This document shows, in pieces, positions 216,348-232,323 of a DNA stretch of 248,000 nt. Where the stretch lies: contig OX597815.1 in assembly GCA_951406725.2 (NCBI GenBank), positions 35,484,001 through 35,732,000 on the forward strand. The letters run 5' to 3'. The position numbers and the translations under genes were made by a program. Source of the DNA: Octopus vulgaris. Taxonomy: Eukaryota. Every line of letters starts with the position of its first letter. The first letter of the stretch is position 1. The notes under the pieces were generated by a model. It was not told the origin of the DNA, searched no databases, and saw only the letters and a program-made list of their open reading frames with translations.

Positions 216348-216348
<1 letters not shown>
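215071..216348. repeat. 359-bp tandem repeat that turns into a 466-bp inverted arm, flanked by (TA)n
   Basis: Units start at 215071, 215430 and 215789; inversion at 215883; arms 215386-215851 and 215883-216348 nearly identical. Confidence 0.92.
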
Positions 216349-216397
<49 letters not shown>

Positions 216398-216928
216398 GAG
216401 TAAAAAATTGTTAAATGATTTATTACCAGTGGTCTTCATGTACAATAAAAGTTATAAGACGCAAAATATTTGTTTTTAGAGTGTATAAATTACACGAGGA
216501 GAAAACCATCTTACATGCTGGAAAGGGCTGTCGCAATCTAAACCACGAATAAAATTCTTAAAGCACATTGCTTGTGTGCACTAGAATGAATAAAAATTCA
216601 GTAAACCTTATACTCATGAGTTTCATTATTAAGAATTTATTTCGTGGTTTGGGTTGTGACTGCCCTTTCCAACATTTAAGAAGCCCTATCGATGGTCGTT
216701 TCTTAGTGTATTTATACGCTCTTATAAACATGTATATATATATATATATATATACGCTAGCCACTACACATTTTTTATTTTCTCTCCTTGTTTCTTTCTG
216801 TGTTCCTTTCTGTGGAAGAGCGTAGGCTCGAAACGTTAAAGACTTTTTCATTTCCCGAGCATTATACTAATACAGCTGTTTGTTGTCTACACCACCTGTC
216901 TTCGTCTGGGAATTCCCCCTATATGTAT

Positions 216929-216982
<54 letters not shown>

Positions 216983-217024
216983 ATATATATAGGGGGAATT
217001 CCCAGACGAAGACAGGTGGTGTAG

Positions 217025-217103
<79 letters not shown>

Positions 217104-218862
217104 GCAGTATGAAACTTTGAGTAACGATGTTTTCACCTAAAGCTACACACATATTTTCGTTTACTTGCTTCAGTCATTTTATAGCGGCCATGCTGGGGCA
217201 CCACAATTGACTCAGTGGTTCTCAACCAGTTTTTGCCCATGTCCACCTTTGATTCTTGTTTTACTCTGCTGGACTTCCAAAGTCATTCAATGTATATTTT
217301 AGAAAATCCCACTGTAGTGGGATTTTTTAAAAATTAAATATCATTAGGAGCTGTATAAAAAGAAAGCAAAATATTTTGTGCATTGTAGAAGTATAAGGAA
217401 TTTATTGCAGATAAATTTTAACAGCAAAATCTTATATGGACCCTGGTTGACAACCACTGCTTTAGCTGAACAAAATGACCCCTGTACTTCTTTCAGGTTT
217501 GATATTCATTCTATCGTTGTCTTTTTCTCGAATATATAAGTTATGAGAAGATATGTTTCTTTATTAGCCACACAGGGCTGCACACAGACGGGACAGATTA
217601 CAAAGTAGAGCTTTTCTTTTTGGGGGAAAAAAAAAAGAAAGGTGGGGTAGGTTTTCGATCAAAAGGGATCGTAAAAGGGAAAGAAGAAGAAAAAAGGAAA
217701 AAAAGGAAAAGAAACAAAAGAAAAAAAAGCGATCAATAAGGATCGTGTATCACAGTGTCATGATGTAAAGTGTAAAGGGAGAAGCAGATAAGGTTTATCC
217801 GTGGGAAGAAAAGCCTACGGAAAAGACCACGGTAACCTCGGTCAGTATTGTTACATGTTACCACATTTGTTTGCAAGTAGGTAACCCTCTGTTTTAAATT
217901 TCCGGTTCATAGGATTATGCTCAAGGTGGCTTCGTCATTCATACGTGCCATCCTTGCTACATTCACCCATCTTTTTTTAAAACATTCGCTAGACAAAACT
218001 TGCCTCTCTACTCTCACTTTCCTTTTCAAGTGATACGAGAAGATGAACAAATCTAACACTGGTTGTTAAGTGGTGGTTGAGGCGGGGGAGAGGGCAAGCA
218101 CTGACGCACGTGCAAATATATACGAAGGGCTTCCACGCAGTTTCTAAATTCGCTTACTAGAAATTAGTTTGAATGTATGTGTTTGTGCGTGTGCGCACGT
218201 TTGTGATCCACATTTACTGAAGGCGGAACTAATTTTTCCACTAGAAAAATGAAATTTTCCTGGAAATTAAGCATTCAAAGTGAAACACTTGCTTCCAACT
218301 AAATCCTGTGTTACACTTAATCAGCTGACTTTACCAGGAAATATCAATATGTTCTTATTCTCTGTAACAGTGACTACACTCCTATTCTATATAATAGCAA
218401 CGACATGACAATTCTAATGACTTGATACTTTTAGATAACAGCCACTTGAAAGTATTATGTAGCCACTAGGCCTGCTAGAAATTGTAGCCGAATCGCCCCC
218501 AGATCCAAGCCTGCCGTCTTAAATAAGAAAAGGTCTCATTTGATTATGTAGTCCTAGTTATCCCTAAAAAGACCAGGTGATCACAGCTGGAATTTCTTTG
218601 ATCATAAGACTACGTTAGGACTTTGATCATAGGACTACGTTATTAGGACTGAGATAGAGCTACATGCCTACGAAAACAAGGAGTGTTTACAAAGGCTTCA
218701 TCATAGAATGTATTTAATTTCAATGAATGAATATCATAGACTTTTAAGAAAGTTGAAGTAAAACATAAACAAAAAGCTGTTATTTTCTAACAAATAGCTT
218801 TCCTGTTATAGAAATTGATGTCTATATTCTGTAGAATAAATTCGGTATTGGGGGAGTATTTC

Positions 218863-218918
<56 letters not shown>

Positions 218919-219522
218919 TCATAATTAATCAATATAGGGTGGCAAAAAAATTTTGTAGAATTCTTTTGCCACCAGCGGCCTAGTAGGAAAAAATTAAAAT
219001 AGTCATAGACCATTTTTAAGTTCAACATCAACAATAAAGGAACGGCCATAATAGGCCATTCACCCACTAGAAATAACAGCCAAAGCTTCAACCGCAAATA
219101 AAAGTTAATTCAGTAAACCAGGAGAAAATTTAAAAAACATTTACCCTGTAAATGTTTTTTAAATTTTCTCCTGGTTTACTGAATTAACTTTTATTTGCGG
219201 TTGAAGCTTTGGCTGTTATTTCTAGTGGGTGAATGGCCTATTATGGCCGTTCCTTTATTGTTGATATATATATATATATATATATTCTTTTTTCTTCTTT
219301 TATTTGTTTCAGTCATTTTACTGTGGCCATGCTGGAGCACCGCCTTTAGTCGAGCAAATCGACACCAGGACTTATTCTTTGTAAGCCTAGTACTTACTCT
219401 ATCGGACTCTTTTGCCGAACCGCTAAGTTACAGGGACATAAACACACCAGGATCGGTTGTCAAGCTATGTTGGGGGGACAAACACAGACACACAAACATA
219501 CACACACACACACACACACACA

Positions 219523-219569
<47 letters not shown>

Positions 219570-219737
219570 TATATATATGCATATATACGACGGGTTTCTT
219601 TGAGCTTACGTCTACCTAATCCACTCACAAGGCTTTGGTCGGCCCGAGGCTATAGTAGAAGACACTTGCCCAAGGTGTCACGCAGTGGGACTGAACCCGG
219701 AACCATGTGGTTGGTATGCAAGCTACTTACCACACAG

Positions 219738-219785
<48 letters not shown>

Positions 219786-219990
219786 ATTATTATTATTAAT
219801 ATTTAGCAGAAGCAACAGAGTGACTCAAGGTCTGAGAGTTTCGTGCGTCTGCACTGTTTGATAAGTACCAACGCACGAAACACTGGGACCTTGAGTCACT
219901 TTGTTGCTTCTGCTAAATATTAATAAAAATATACATATATTTTGGGCTTTGTTTGCACCAACATACCTACATAACTATATGCAGTGTATG

Positions 219991-220060
<70 letters not shown>

Positions 220061-220131
220061 ACAGTTAATAATGCGTATCGTTGGCGATTTTTTCCTCCGT
220101 CTTCCCTTCCTTGGATCTTTCCTTTTCCTAT

Positions 220132-220166
220132 GTTTCTGACGAAGAGCTCCGCTCGAAACGTTAAAT
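220132..220166 (+). ncRNA. Minimal hammerhead-like motif in a short (TA)n-embedded element
   Basis: GTTT-CTGACGA-A-GAG(CTCCG)CTC-GAA-ACGT-T-AAAT; copies at 239872-239906 (-), 241085-241119 (-), truncated at 179382-179411 (-). Stem I is weak. Confidence 0.55.
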
Positions 220167-220454
220167 CCTCCTTCTTTGTTTCCTTTCCTGAGTGTTCAAT
220201 AACACTATATATATTCCACGACCTCGCGTTGTTGTGTTTTCTCTTTGTGTTTTCATGTTTGGATTAACTATATATATATATATATATATACACACACATA
220301 GGCGCAGGAGTGGCCGTGTGGTAAGTAGCTTGCTTACCAGCCACGTGGCACCTTGGGCAAGTGTCTTCTCCTATAGCTTCGGGCCGGCCAAAGCCTTTTG
220401 AGTGAATTTGGTAGACGGAAACTGAAAGAAGCTCGTCGTATATATGTATATATA

Positions 220455-220527
<73 letters not shown>

Positions 220528-220656
220528 TTGTGTGTCTGTGTTTGTCCCCCAACATCGATAGACAACCGATGCTGGTGTGTTTACGTTCATATCACTTAGC
220601 GGTTCGGCAAAAGGACCCGATAGAATAAGTACTAGGATTATATATATATATATATA

Positions 220657-220697
<41 letters not shown>

Positions 220698-220892
220698 GTA
220701 TATATACATATACATACATATACAGGCGTAGGACTGGCTGTGGCTGTGTGGTAAGTAGCTTCCATACCAACCACATGATTCCGTGTTCAGTCCCACTGCG
220801 TGGTATGTTGGGCAAGTGTCTTCTACTATAGCCTCGGGCCGACCAAAGCCTTGCGAGTGGATTTGGTAGACGGAAACTGAAAGAAGCCCGTC

Positions 220893-220928
<36 letters not shown>

Positions 220929-221177
220929 CTGTATGAGTTAGATAGAGGTTGAGAAACCAACTAAGGGATAGCACCTATCCAGTACACTGCTGGTAGTAGT
221001 CTACGCAATTATTCATATCCAAGTACTAGTTATTGTATGCCAATCTTGCAATTGGGCATTATATATGGGTGGGGATAACAAGTGGTTTACCCTTGATTTA
221101 TACGGCAAATAAGAAAACGGAGGGAATATAAAATCGACAGACAGACATCATATCCTCGCTGTTTTCTTATGTATGTG

Positions 221178-221256
<79 letters not shown>

Positions 221257-221905
221257 GTGTGTGTGTGTATATATAAGAGTTACGGAATGGAGTAGGTAAC
221301 ATCCAGGCTACATATGTTTCATAGCGGACGGAACTTCAGAAGTGGTATTCCACCGGCTACCTCTCAGGCCAGGGATATCATGACTAAATTAAAGGTTACA
221401 TTGTCGTAACAAGGACGTACATGCTGACGCATGGAAGATTCAATCAGAATGTGTAGAGAGCATAGTATGAGAGGAGTATATAAATTTAGGGAGAAATAGG
221501 TATACTTATTCCTCCCTGCATTTATCTACTCCTCTCAAACCGTGGATGATCTTTACCAGCGTCGCCTTACTGGCACTTGTGTCGGTGGCACATGAAAAAA
221601 CATTCGAACGAGGTCGTTGCCAGTGCCGCTGGACTGGCTCCTGTGCAGGTGACACGTAAAAAAAAAACACCATTTGAGCGTGGCTGTTGCCAGTACCGCC
221701 TGACTGGTCCTCGTGCAAGTGGCACCTAAAAGCACCCACTGCACTCTCGGAGTGGTTGGCGTTAGGAAGGGCATCCAGCTGTAGAAACTCTGCCGGATCA
221801 AGATTGGAGCCTGGTGCAGCCATCTGGTTCGCCAGTCCTCAGTCAAATCGTCCAACCCATGCTAGCGGACGTTAAACGATGATGATCATCATCATGATGA
221901 TCATG

Positions 221906-221986
<81 letters not shown>

Positions 221987-222259
221987 CTGAAGTACTCAAA
222001 ACCATAAACGGGTAAGTTTATCGGGGAAATACACTTTACACGGGAATTTGAAATAGCGAACATGTTTTATTGAGATCATAACTTGTTTACAGGTCACAGC
222101 CATTTTCAGTACATTTTTCATAAATATAGTGTATTGTTACATTTGGGGATGGTCTTCTTTTGTCAATTAAACACGATTCATTTGATCAAATACATGAAAA
222201 GTAAGCGTTTCTAGGCAGGGAAGGACGGAGGAAGGAAGGAAGGAAGGAAGGAAGGAAGG

Positions 222260-222315
<56 letters not shown>

Positions 222316-222340
222316 GGATGGATGGATGGATGGATGGATG

Positions 222341-222421
<81 letters not shown>

Positions 222422-222466
222422 GTATGTAGGTAAGTAGGTAGGTAGGTAGGTAGGTAGGTAGGTAGG

Positions 222467-222546
<80 letters not shown>

Positions 222547-223688
222547 GGTCAACGGTTAAAGTCCAACACTGGATAGCTCATGGAAATTGTAAATTTAAGA
222601 GAAATCAAGTAACAACGGGAAAATGCTGAAATTACATACACGTACCCATAACTTATTGCTTTCCCAATAATTCCTTCCGATGTTTTTTCAGCTAAATTAA
222701 ATAATTACTATGACGTTAGTAATCATTGAAATAAGGAATTATGTGACGTCAATACGAGCCTGCCTTTATTAATCATTTCAGAGTTAAATACACATAAAGA
222801 ATAGAGACATTCTTTCTGCTGATTATATTATTGGTAAGGCAAAGCAGTTGGTTGAATCGATCCGTGAATCCATATGAACACTTTTGTTGCCATTCAATAC
222901 CGTATTAACCGAGTAACAATACCGTATTAACCGTGTGCGCTGGGCTTTTCATTTTCAGCAGCAGCGCGTTAAATGCTTTTATCACTCTTTTTTTTTAATC
223001 TTTAACTGGTTTCAGTCAGTTTCTTTATTAACTATAAGGTTTTTAAAAAAGAGGGGACGATAGGAGGACAGACAAAACAAACATTGGAGTCAGGGTTTCG
223101 AATGAGACGAAACGTATGAATAAACAAACAATTAAAATACATACAATTAAATGAGAATGAGTGATTAACAAAAAATGAAGCGGTGGACGCGGTCGACCCC
223201 ACAAACCATATACTCACACTGAAGACTTTGCTTTCTCCTTTTTATATTCTCGTTTAAACAGGTTCTTTCACTCGTAATATACTTGCTATATACTTCCATC
223301 TTTTACGAAACACACTTCGCGACAGGCATTTTTTTCTCCGGCCTTATTTTCCGTTTTCATGTGGAAAACGAAAAAGTCGATTAGCTCGAGACTGGAGATG
223401 AACATGCCTGTTGCAATTCCTTTCACTCTCGTCTTCCATACTACCTCTTTCGCAACAGCAACTATCGAAAGAAAACAGGCTCGGTCCTCCCTATTCAGGG
223501 AGGTCGGGGCTGCGGCCACGTTGGGGCGTGGCCTTGAAGACTTTTAGTCGGCTAGATCGATCTCTGTACTTATTTTTTAAAGTATGATACTTATTCTATC
223601 ATTTCTTTCGCCGAACTGTTAAGTTACACGAACGTAACCAAACCAAACACTGGTTATCAAGTGATGTGGAGAAGAAATACAAATACAG

Positions 223689-223801
<113 letters not shown>

Positions 223802-224160
223802 TGTATAAACATGCATATATGGGTACAGGACATCACCAACGGTTCAAATAACATGAAATACGTAAACAACAAGAAAAAAATGGAAAACAGGACAAGTAAA
223901 CACAGGGAAAGGACCCTTCAGTTGTCGGTTTTCTATCTACGCCTCATTTCGAGCATTCAACGACAATATGAGTCTTCAAAGAAATGGCAGTGGAGACATA
224001 CAAGGAAACCGAACGAAAGCAAACATGGGGTGGGGTCGTTAGATCAGAACGAGAGGAAAATAGTGAACGCTGGGAGAAACATTTTGAAAAGAGAAAAGAT
224101 AGAAGAGAGAGAAAAACACGTCCGTTCTTTTAAATGTCCGTGCAGCAAAAGAAAGATGGT

Positions 224161-224216
<56 letters not shown>

Positions 224217-224221
224217 ATGTT

Positions 224222-224265
<44 letters not shown>

Positions 224266-227200
224266 TGTTAGTGTACATAAACGAGATTCCCTTCACTTTT
224301 CGTCAGCCAAATGCACCCACAATGCATTGGTCGGTCTGGGACTATAATAGAAGACATTTGCTCAAGGTGCCGCGCTGAAGAACTGAATCCCAAATCCTGT
224401 GTTTGCAAAGCGAGCTTCTTAACCAAGCAGCCATGCCTGTACTCATATCGTACCTTTAAGATTCGTTGGATATTTAAAGTTGATTCAATACTCAGACGAC
224501 ACTTCAAATTAAACGCTTGCAAGCTACCAATTCCGATTCAATGATTCTGCACTTGTTCTTTTACGATAATATGAATCCAGTGCAGCTTTATAATTAGGGT
224601 GGTGTGTCAAGGAAGTGTATTTAACGTGTGCATCTTATTTAAGCACTATTATGAATTCGTGCAACATAATATTTAAGTCTTGAGTTCTTAGATGTGGTTT
224701 TTGAACGAAATCGAGGTCTGTAGAAGATGAGTTCACCCATTCAAATTCGTCAAAGTTTACCACGTCTAAGTCGCACGGTTAACTTCCTAAATGTTTCAAA
224801 TTCATCAACCACCAGGTAAATATCAAGTTCTGGAGTAAAACAACAAACAGTGTAACGAGTATAATCCTTTTATTCATATCGATTATTCCTTCTCTCAAGT
224901 ACCACCCTTATCACCTTTACAAGCTGATCCTCATATATTCATCCTTAAACCCTTTATAAGAGGTTTTGGCCTTCACAATAGCTTAATGTGGTCCTATTCT
225001 CATTAGTTCCTTATATACAAATATCGCACTTATGAAAGCCGAGCAAACAGTAAATGATTTACAGTGGATAATAGTATTCTTATATTGACACAAATCAATA
225101 AATTTGCAGGAGTAGAATCTAATAGATTTAATCTACTCAGAAGATGAAGTTGGTCAAAAAAGCAGACTCGCTATTTTCAATTCGGTTTTCGTGGCTATCC
225201 TCACCTATGATCATGTTTGTTGAGTAATGACCGAAAAAAATACGATCGCGAATACAAACGGTCAAAATGAGATTCCTCCGGGGGAGCTCTAGAGTAACCT
225301 TACTCGACAAGGGGCGTAGCTCGGAGATGGTGAGTCTATCCGGATCAAGCTGCAATTTCTCCTTACTGAGAGGTTGCAGTTCCAGTACTGCGGAGAAGTG
225401 ATTGGAATATCGCAGGAAAGAGTCGCAAGACGGATTCGTCAAGCCAAGACAACCGGCAGAAGACCTATAAGTAAATGAAAAATGATATGGTTGGATAATA
225501 TTCATAACCTCAGTTGGCTGCGATTGGGAATCCTGCCGGAAAGTGTAATAAAAGTCACTTCTGATAGGATCCTATGGAGGTGTTTGAGGACTCTATCCCC
225601 CACGGCCCTCCTAGAAATAGAGGGCGGAGAAGATGGATGAATGGATGGACGGACGGGCGGACGGATGAATTAATAGTATTTTATAACCATATTATTCATT
225701 AATGCTGCACTTATTGCCACCCAGTAATTGTTTCTATGCGATGCAGTGTTATAATTGTAACAATTTGGTCATGTAATTGTTATATATTACTTACAAATGT
225801 AACGGATACCGTGCTTATTAGTATTGATAATAGATTAGTTAAAACTTCATTAGACAGTGTGATACACACCTAATGAATGAACAGAAGGTAAAAATAAATT
225901 CTTAGAGATTTTATTCATGTCATAATTCATCTTGTTAGAGATAGCGTGCGGAGGCTGTTGTTGCTGTTGTTGATGTTAAGCAATAAGACGGGTGAGGGTG
226001 ATTAGGTGATGGTCTACGGTTTAGGGACGGGAGACCCCAGACCTTGAAAAAAAAAACAAAAAGCTTTGGTCGTCTTGTTGTAGTCGAGGGCTCTTCGTTG
226101 ACGCCCGACATCACTGGAAGGTGGCCCTCGAAATCGCTGGAAATGGAGATCTCCAGGTCCAAATTCTAGGACGGCGCGTGCGGAGGCTGTAGTAGTCGGC
226201 TGTTTTACAGTGATAAGAGAATGATAGTAATGAGTTGCATAACTTTTGGCAATGTTTCTGTCAGATGTAGGAACCAGAAAGAGATAGGCGTTCTAGGAAA
226301 AGATAGACACGCGAGAAAGAGATATACATGTTCATTTGCCGAAGTGTCAGACAATAGAGAGAAGCATGTTCCTCTGGCGTGGAGGCGCGTGGCTTAGTGG
226401 TTAGGGTGTCAGCATCATGGTCGTAAGATTGTGGTTTTGATTCCTGGACCAGGCGACGCGTAGTTTTCTTGAGCAAAACACTTCGTTTCACGTTCCTCCA
226501 GTCCACTGGCAAAAATGAGTAACGCTGCGATGGACTGGCGTCCCCCGTCCAGCTGGGGAACACATACGCCATTGAAACCAGGAAACCGGGCCCGTGAACC
226601 TGGTTAGGCTTTATTTATTTTTTTAATGTTCCTCTGGCAAAGTGCCAAGTGAAAGAAGAAATGTTCCTCGGGTAAGATGCCAAGCAAACCAGAGAGAAAA
226701 GATTTTGTTTGGGTTCAGTATTTACACATGTTCGAAAGTTAAAAATAAGTCGGGAAGACAAAGGTGAATGTGTTTATCTGTATTGAACACGATTTAACTT
226801 AAGATGCTCAGGAAAAGAATAGTACTTATCTAAGTTGAACGGATTATGAAAGCTGACTCTCATAAATTTCCAAGTTCGAATGCCGAAAACAATGGAAAGT
226901 AGCTTACAGAAAAATTTAGACTAAGGTTTTGATTGCTGGCTAAGAATCTAGGAAACCAATCGTTTGAAGTCTCTCTGATGTCCAACCTGTTTCTGTATCT
227001 CTTTTATTGTTTAGTTCCAGATTAGTTCCAAACAGGAGACATGTGAGCAAAAGCGTTTCAGCCATGACCACTTCGTCTTTATTCCATACTTTTTTTTTCA
227101 GTAATAGTGTATCTAGAACTCTATTATCTTCATTTTTGTTTTAAGACGTTAGAGTGTTATATGCGAGATATTTAGCTGTTATTTGTAGCAAATCGAGCCA

Positions 227201-227552
227201 CTGCATAGATGCCTTCTTTTTAACTGTTATTTCTGTGATTATGTGCTTTTAAGTTCTCTATACTTGATAGGAAATGTAGATCTATATTTGAATCAGAGGA
227301 TTCTCCTTGCAGGACGAAGCTAAAAATAGCTCGGTGATATTTGACCGGCTATTACCGTCTTATCGGAAGTGTCTACATGTATTCAATTAAAAAAAAAAAA
227401 ACACAAGTAATTAACTGCAAATGAAACATACGAGTAATACGAGTAATTTTCATATTTGCTTTTTGGTATGTTCACTGGCTACATATAATGTTAATTTATA
227501 ACTAAGTACTGACACAGCAGGGTGTGGATTAATTGTTTATTAGTCTGTATAT

Positions 227553-227602
<50 letters not shown>

Positions 227603-228809
227603 ATGCGTGTGTGTGTGTGTGTGCTTTGGGTGTGGGTGTTGGGTGCATTCAGCTTCACTGCATAAATAGATCTGTGTCATGAGATTTTATACCACATCCG
227701 TTTGTTTCGTAGTCTTTGAATCGAGTTATCATAAAACATCTCCACAATAATTGTTTTCTTACAAAGATATAATAATGCTTAAGGTTTATATCAGAGGGAG
227801 AATGAGAATATGTGGCGTTCATGCTTGTTTTAAAAGTACTAATGAAAGTAGATCTGAAATGATGACAACAGAGACACGAAAATGCGTCGAGGACACGTTA
227901 AACTAAGGCTACGCAGTCAAGTTAAAGTAAACGTAATTAATAAAACGTGATGGGTTTATCCCTACCAACAGACTGCACATTCTGATCTCTAAAATATGGC
228001 CGGAAAATGTCATCTGAAAACTTGACCCAATAAATCCTGTATTCGCAACTATCTAAAGAAAACGACTTTTCCCAAGCTATAAGATCCCACAAAGTGAAAT
228101 CTAAAAATACGGGATTTAAACTACGAACGTTCATCGCTAACTAAGGAATATCAGAACGATGGAGGTCAAATAGTTATAAAATGTATAGTCGTTAGCGATC
228201 GACAGCGTCGTGTGTGTGATGGACTCTCCCGTCGAAAACAACGAATGAATGCTCAGCTTTTGCCGAAGGATCTACACAAATGATTTCTTTATAGTGATCA
228301 AATGTTCTTGCCGCACATTAGCTCATTCTCTCCATCAAATCGACGTTGTCTGAACAGGTACACTGTGGACCACGTAGGTTTCAGCCCTAATATTAAACAT
228401 ATTAAACTCCTGCCTTCGCTTGTACACTCAGGTTGTCCGAATCCGAAGGTTGACTTTGACGTAATACAAAGGGCACAGCAAAGATAAGAAGAAAGAACAT
228501 GGGCGCAACTTGGTACTCCATTATTTCTCTTGTTGCATGTTTCAGTATTCGGCAACACATAACTTCACACTATGGATACAACCAACAGATACAGCTTATA
228601 CGCTCAGCATGGAGCAAACACATCGTCAGACACTTGAAACAATTGGAATAAAGGAATACCAAGTTATGACCTTGGTCTTTTCTCTTTGGTAGTGCTAATA
228701 AGTTCAGGTAGAGCTATTAGGTTAGACATGACCTTGGCCAATCTTCGGCCGAAACACATATACATATATATACATAGTGAAAATTTACAAAAGACAAAAA
228801 ACGAAGACG

Positions 228810-228867
<58 letters not shown>

Positions 228868-229507
228868 TATACATAGTGAAAAATTACAAAAAACAAAACA
228901 CGAAGACGGGTATATATATATATATATCATTTAACTACGGTAGTAGTTGAATAATATCCTTAAGGCCGCAATTAACTCACACGCAGCATTTTTCAGAGTT
229001 TGTTGCTAATTCTATGCTCAACCAAATTGAAAACTGTTAACATTTTTGAAGACAACTGGTCCCTAGCTACAAGTCTGCCCTCTCCACGATACCGATGTTC
229101 ATCGAAGGAAGACAGCGCCATCTGGAGTCGAGATTGTTTCGCATTTGTGTTGTCACAGACATTACTATCAGAACCCGAAGAGTCGCCACAGGTACTGTAG
229201 GGCATCTTGCCCGATCCTCTTGAATTGCTGCTTTATTATTGACCCCGAAAGGACGAACGGTAAAGTTGACCTCAGTGGGGTTTGAGTGAACTCATAGAGC
229301 AGAAAGGCAGAATGAAAACCACGTGACATATCATCCAACGCGCTAACGACTCAGCTACTAAGCAAACAATTGACAGAGTCGTTAGCTACTTCCGTCTAAA
229401 TTCCCAACACGAAAGTTGTTTAAAATTACCTTGAGAAATTGTTTGCGCGTCACACAATTACAATTCCTGTCTTTATTATCCACGAAGTTGTTGCTGAGAA
229501 ATCAGTC

Positions 229508-229588
<81 letters not shown>

Positions 229589-230623
229589 ATTGTTCTTTAA
229601 GCCGACGTTTATCTAGGTTAAGCAATCCTATGATCGAAGACACTCTCACCATATTTAGGATATCTCGGACATCACCAATTGAACCGCCTTTGTTCAAGGT
229701 GATGGGTACATGTATAAATACATACGTACATACATACATGCAAGGTCTGACCAACAAGTATCCGGACTGTTGCTGTAGTAACGACGCTAAAGCACGGAGT
229801 GTGAAACGGCTTGGCATAGATTGACCTTGAACTCTGCTGTACATGAGCATTAAGTTTTAACGCCCTAGCTCACTTCTGCTGTTTGCAGCAATGCTTGGAA
229901 GGAACGTGTGTAACGTGTGATCATCGCATTGACCATGACAGAGAAAGCTGAGCAGAGAATCTGCATCAAATTTTACCAAAAGCTTGGCGATACCGGCTCA
230001 GAGGACTAGGCAAAATTTTCAAAAAGTTTTCATTGTTCTCAACACAATCAAGGAGATCTTGTGCAACTGAAACCCGAGTGTCTTTTTGGGCAGCTGAAAG
230101 CAGTTTTGGCACAAATATCACAGACATGCGTCTCATACCCAAATCTTCAGTGATAATGGACTGGACCGAACCGTAACTAATCTGCATATCTTCTGATAAC
230201 ACACGGATGGTGATTCGACGATTTCCCTTCACAGCTGCATGCACATCTGCGATATTTTTGTCTGTTCTGCTGGTTGCGGGTCTTCCAGAACGTTCATCAA
230301 TATCGACATTTTTTTCGGCCATCTTCAAAACGTCTGAATCACTCGTACATTTGTGTACGGTTCATACACTTCCCTCCATACACTTTCTGCAAGTTTGAGC
230401 AGGCCTCTGAGCAGGTATTGCCATGAAAGCTCTCTCTGTCATAGTCAATGCGACGATCACACGCTACACACCTTCCTTCCAAGTATTGAACATGCACAGC
230501 AGAGTTCAAGGTTAATCTGTGCCAAGTGATTTCAATCTGCGTACTTTAGCTTCGTTACTATGGCAACAGTCTGGATACTTATTGATCAGGTCTCATACAT
230601 ACATACATACATACGCGCGCACA

Positions 230624-230670
<47 letters not shown>

Positions 230671-231604
230671 TGGCTGTCACTCGATTTCGAGCAATGCCAT
230701 CTCTTGATTGTTCTCTAAAACAGGAGTAGCATAGATGTGACTTTTCAGTTTTACTAGAGACTCTTTTGCTGAACGGCTAAGTTACGGGGCTGTAAACAAA
230801 CGAGTACCGGTTGTCAAGTGGTTACTGGGGTAAACACAAATACACACACACATACATGCATATATATATATATATATATGATGGGCTTCTTTCAGTTTCC
230901 GCCTACTAAATCCACTCACAACGCTTTGGTCGGAGCGAGACTACAGTAGAAGAAACTCCTCCTAGGTGTCACGTAGTGGGATTGAACCTGAAACCATGCG
231001 GTTGAGAAGTAAGCTTTTTTTTACCGTACACTCACGCCTCTGTATGTGTGCGCGCACGTGTGTGTGTGTGTGTGTGTGCGTGAGTGTGTTTTTTTATCTT
231101 TTCGGCAAGGGAGAAGGTAGAGTCCATGGACTGTAAAAGTGCCACCGACACTGATGTAAGGGACGAAGGGAGAAAGGGATTTTGTATCTTCAAACTGAAG
231201 ATCTAGCGCCTGAATGCTTGCAACAAAGTGGACTCCATTAAGGGAACCTAAGTTGACAGACAATGGTGCTGAAACTCAGCGGCAAATTCAAGTACAAACA
231301 TGAGTATGCATGTATATATATTTATGTATGCAAGCATGGATACATGTATACATGTAGGTATGAATGCGTGTATGTATTCATGTAAGCATTATGTATGCGT
231401 TTATGTATGTATGCACACATGTATGCATGTATGTATGTATGTATGTATGTATGTATGTATGTATGTATGGTATGTATGTATGTATGTATGCACACACATG
231501 TATGCATGTATGTATGTATGTGTTTATGTAGGTATGTATGCATGTATATATGTATGTGTTTATGTAAGTATGTATGCATGTATATATGTATGCACGTATG
231601 AATA

Positions 231605-231640
<36 letters not shown>

Positions 231641-232323
231641 TGTACGTACGTATGTCTGTATGTATGTATGTATGTATGTATGTATGTATGTATGTATGGA
231701 GTATGGAGCTCATTATTTCTTGAATCTGTGTTAGACTCTACAGTATACGATAGACAGACATTGCCTTGACCTTAGTCTGCACAATTTTACTCCACTATTA
231801 CTATAACTGCATAACGAAACAAAAGACCAAGTTCTGCTAAACTAAAATATTATAATTATCACACCATACGTTACACTAGTTTACTTCAATATCCGTATTT
231901 CTCTTTCAAATATTTACATTTTAATTTAGTGCTATGCCTTAAACACAAAGATTACAACTGGCTGTTTTTTTCGTACAATGTAGTAGTTTCTTTATTCTTT
232001 TGTTCTTGCTCCACTCATTACTAATTGTTATGGCACACTTCTTTGAAATTTCTATTGTTTAAGTTACATGGCTTGGCTTTTATCTAGTTACCGTCGTAGA
232101 AGAAATTTGGCTGCGGAGAAAAAATAAATCATTAAACCGTTCCTTAGAGTTATTTTTCCCGGCACAAAAGCGAATAAATACATATGTTAAAAAAAAAAGG
232201 AATAAAAAACTGTTATTTATTTAGTTTGTTGTGACCTTGTATTGTTTTATTTTCCAGTTCAATCCTACATGTTTTCCATGATGTCATTTTACTTTGTGTT
232301 CTAATTTGTTACTTATTTACTTC

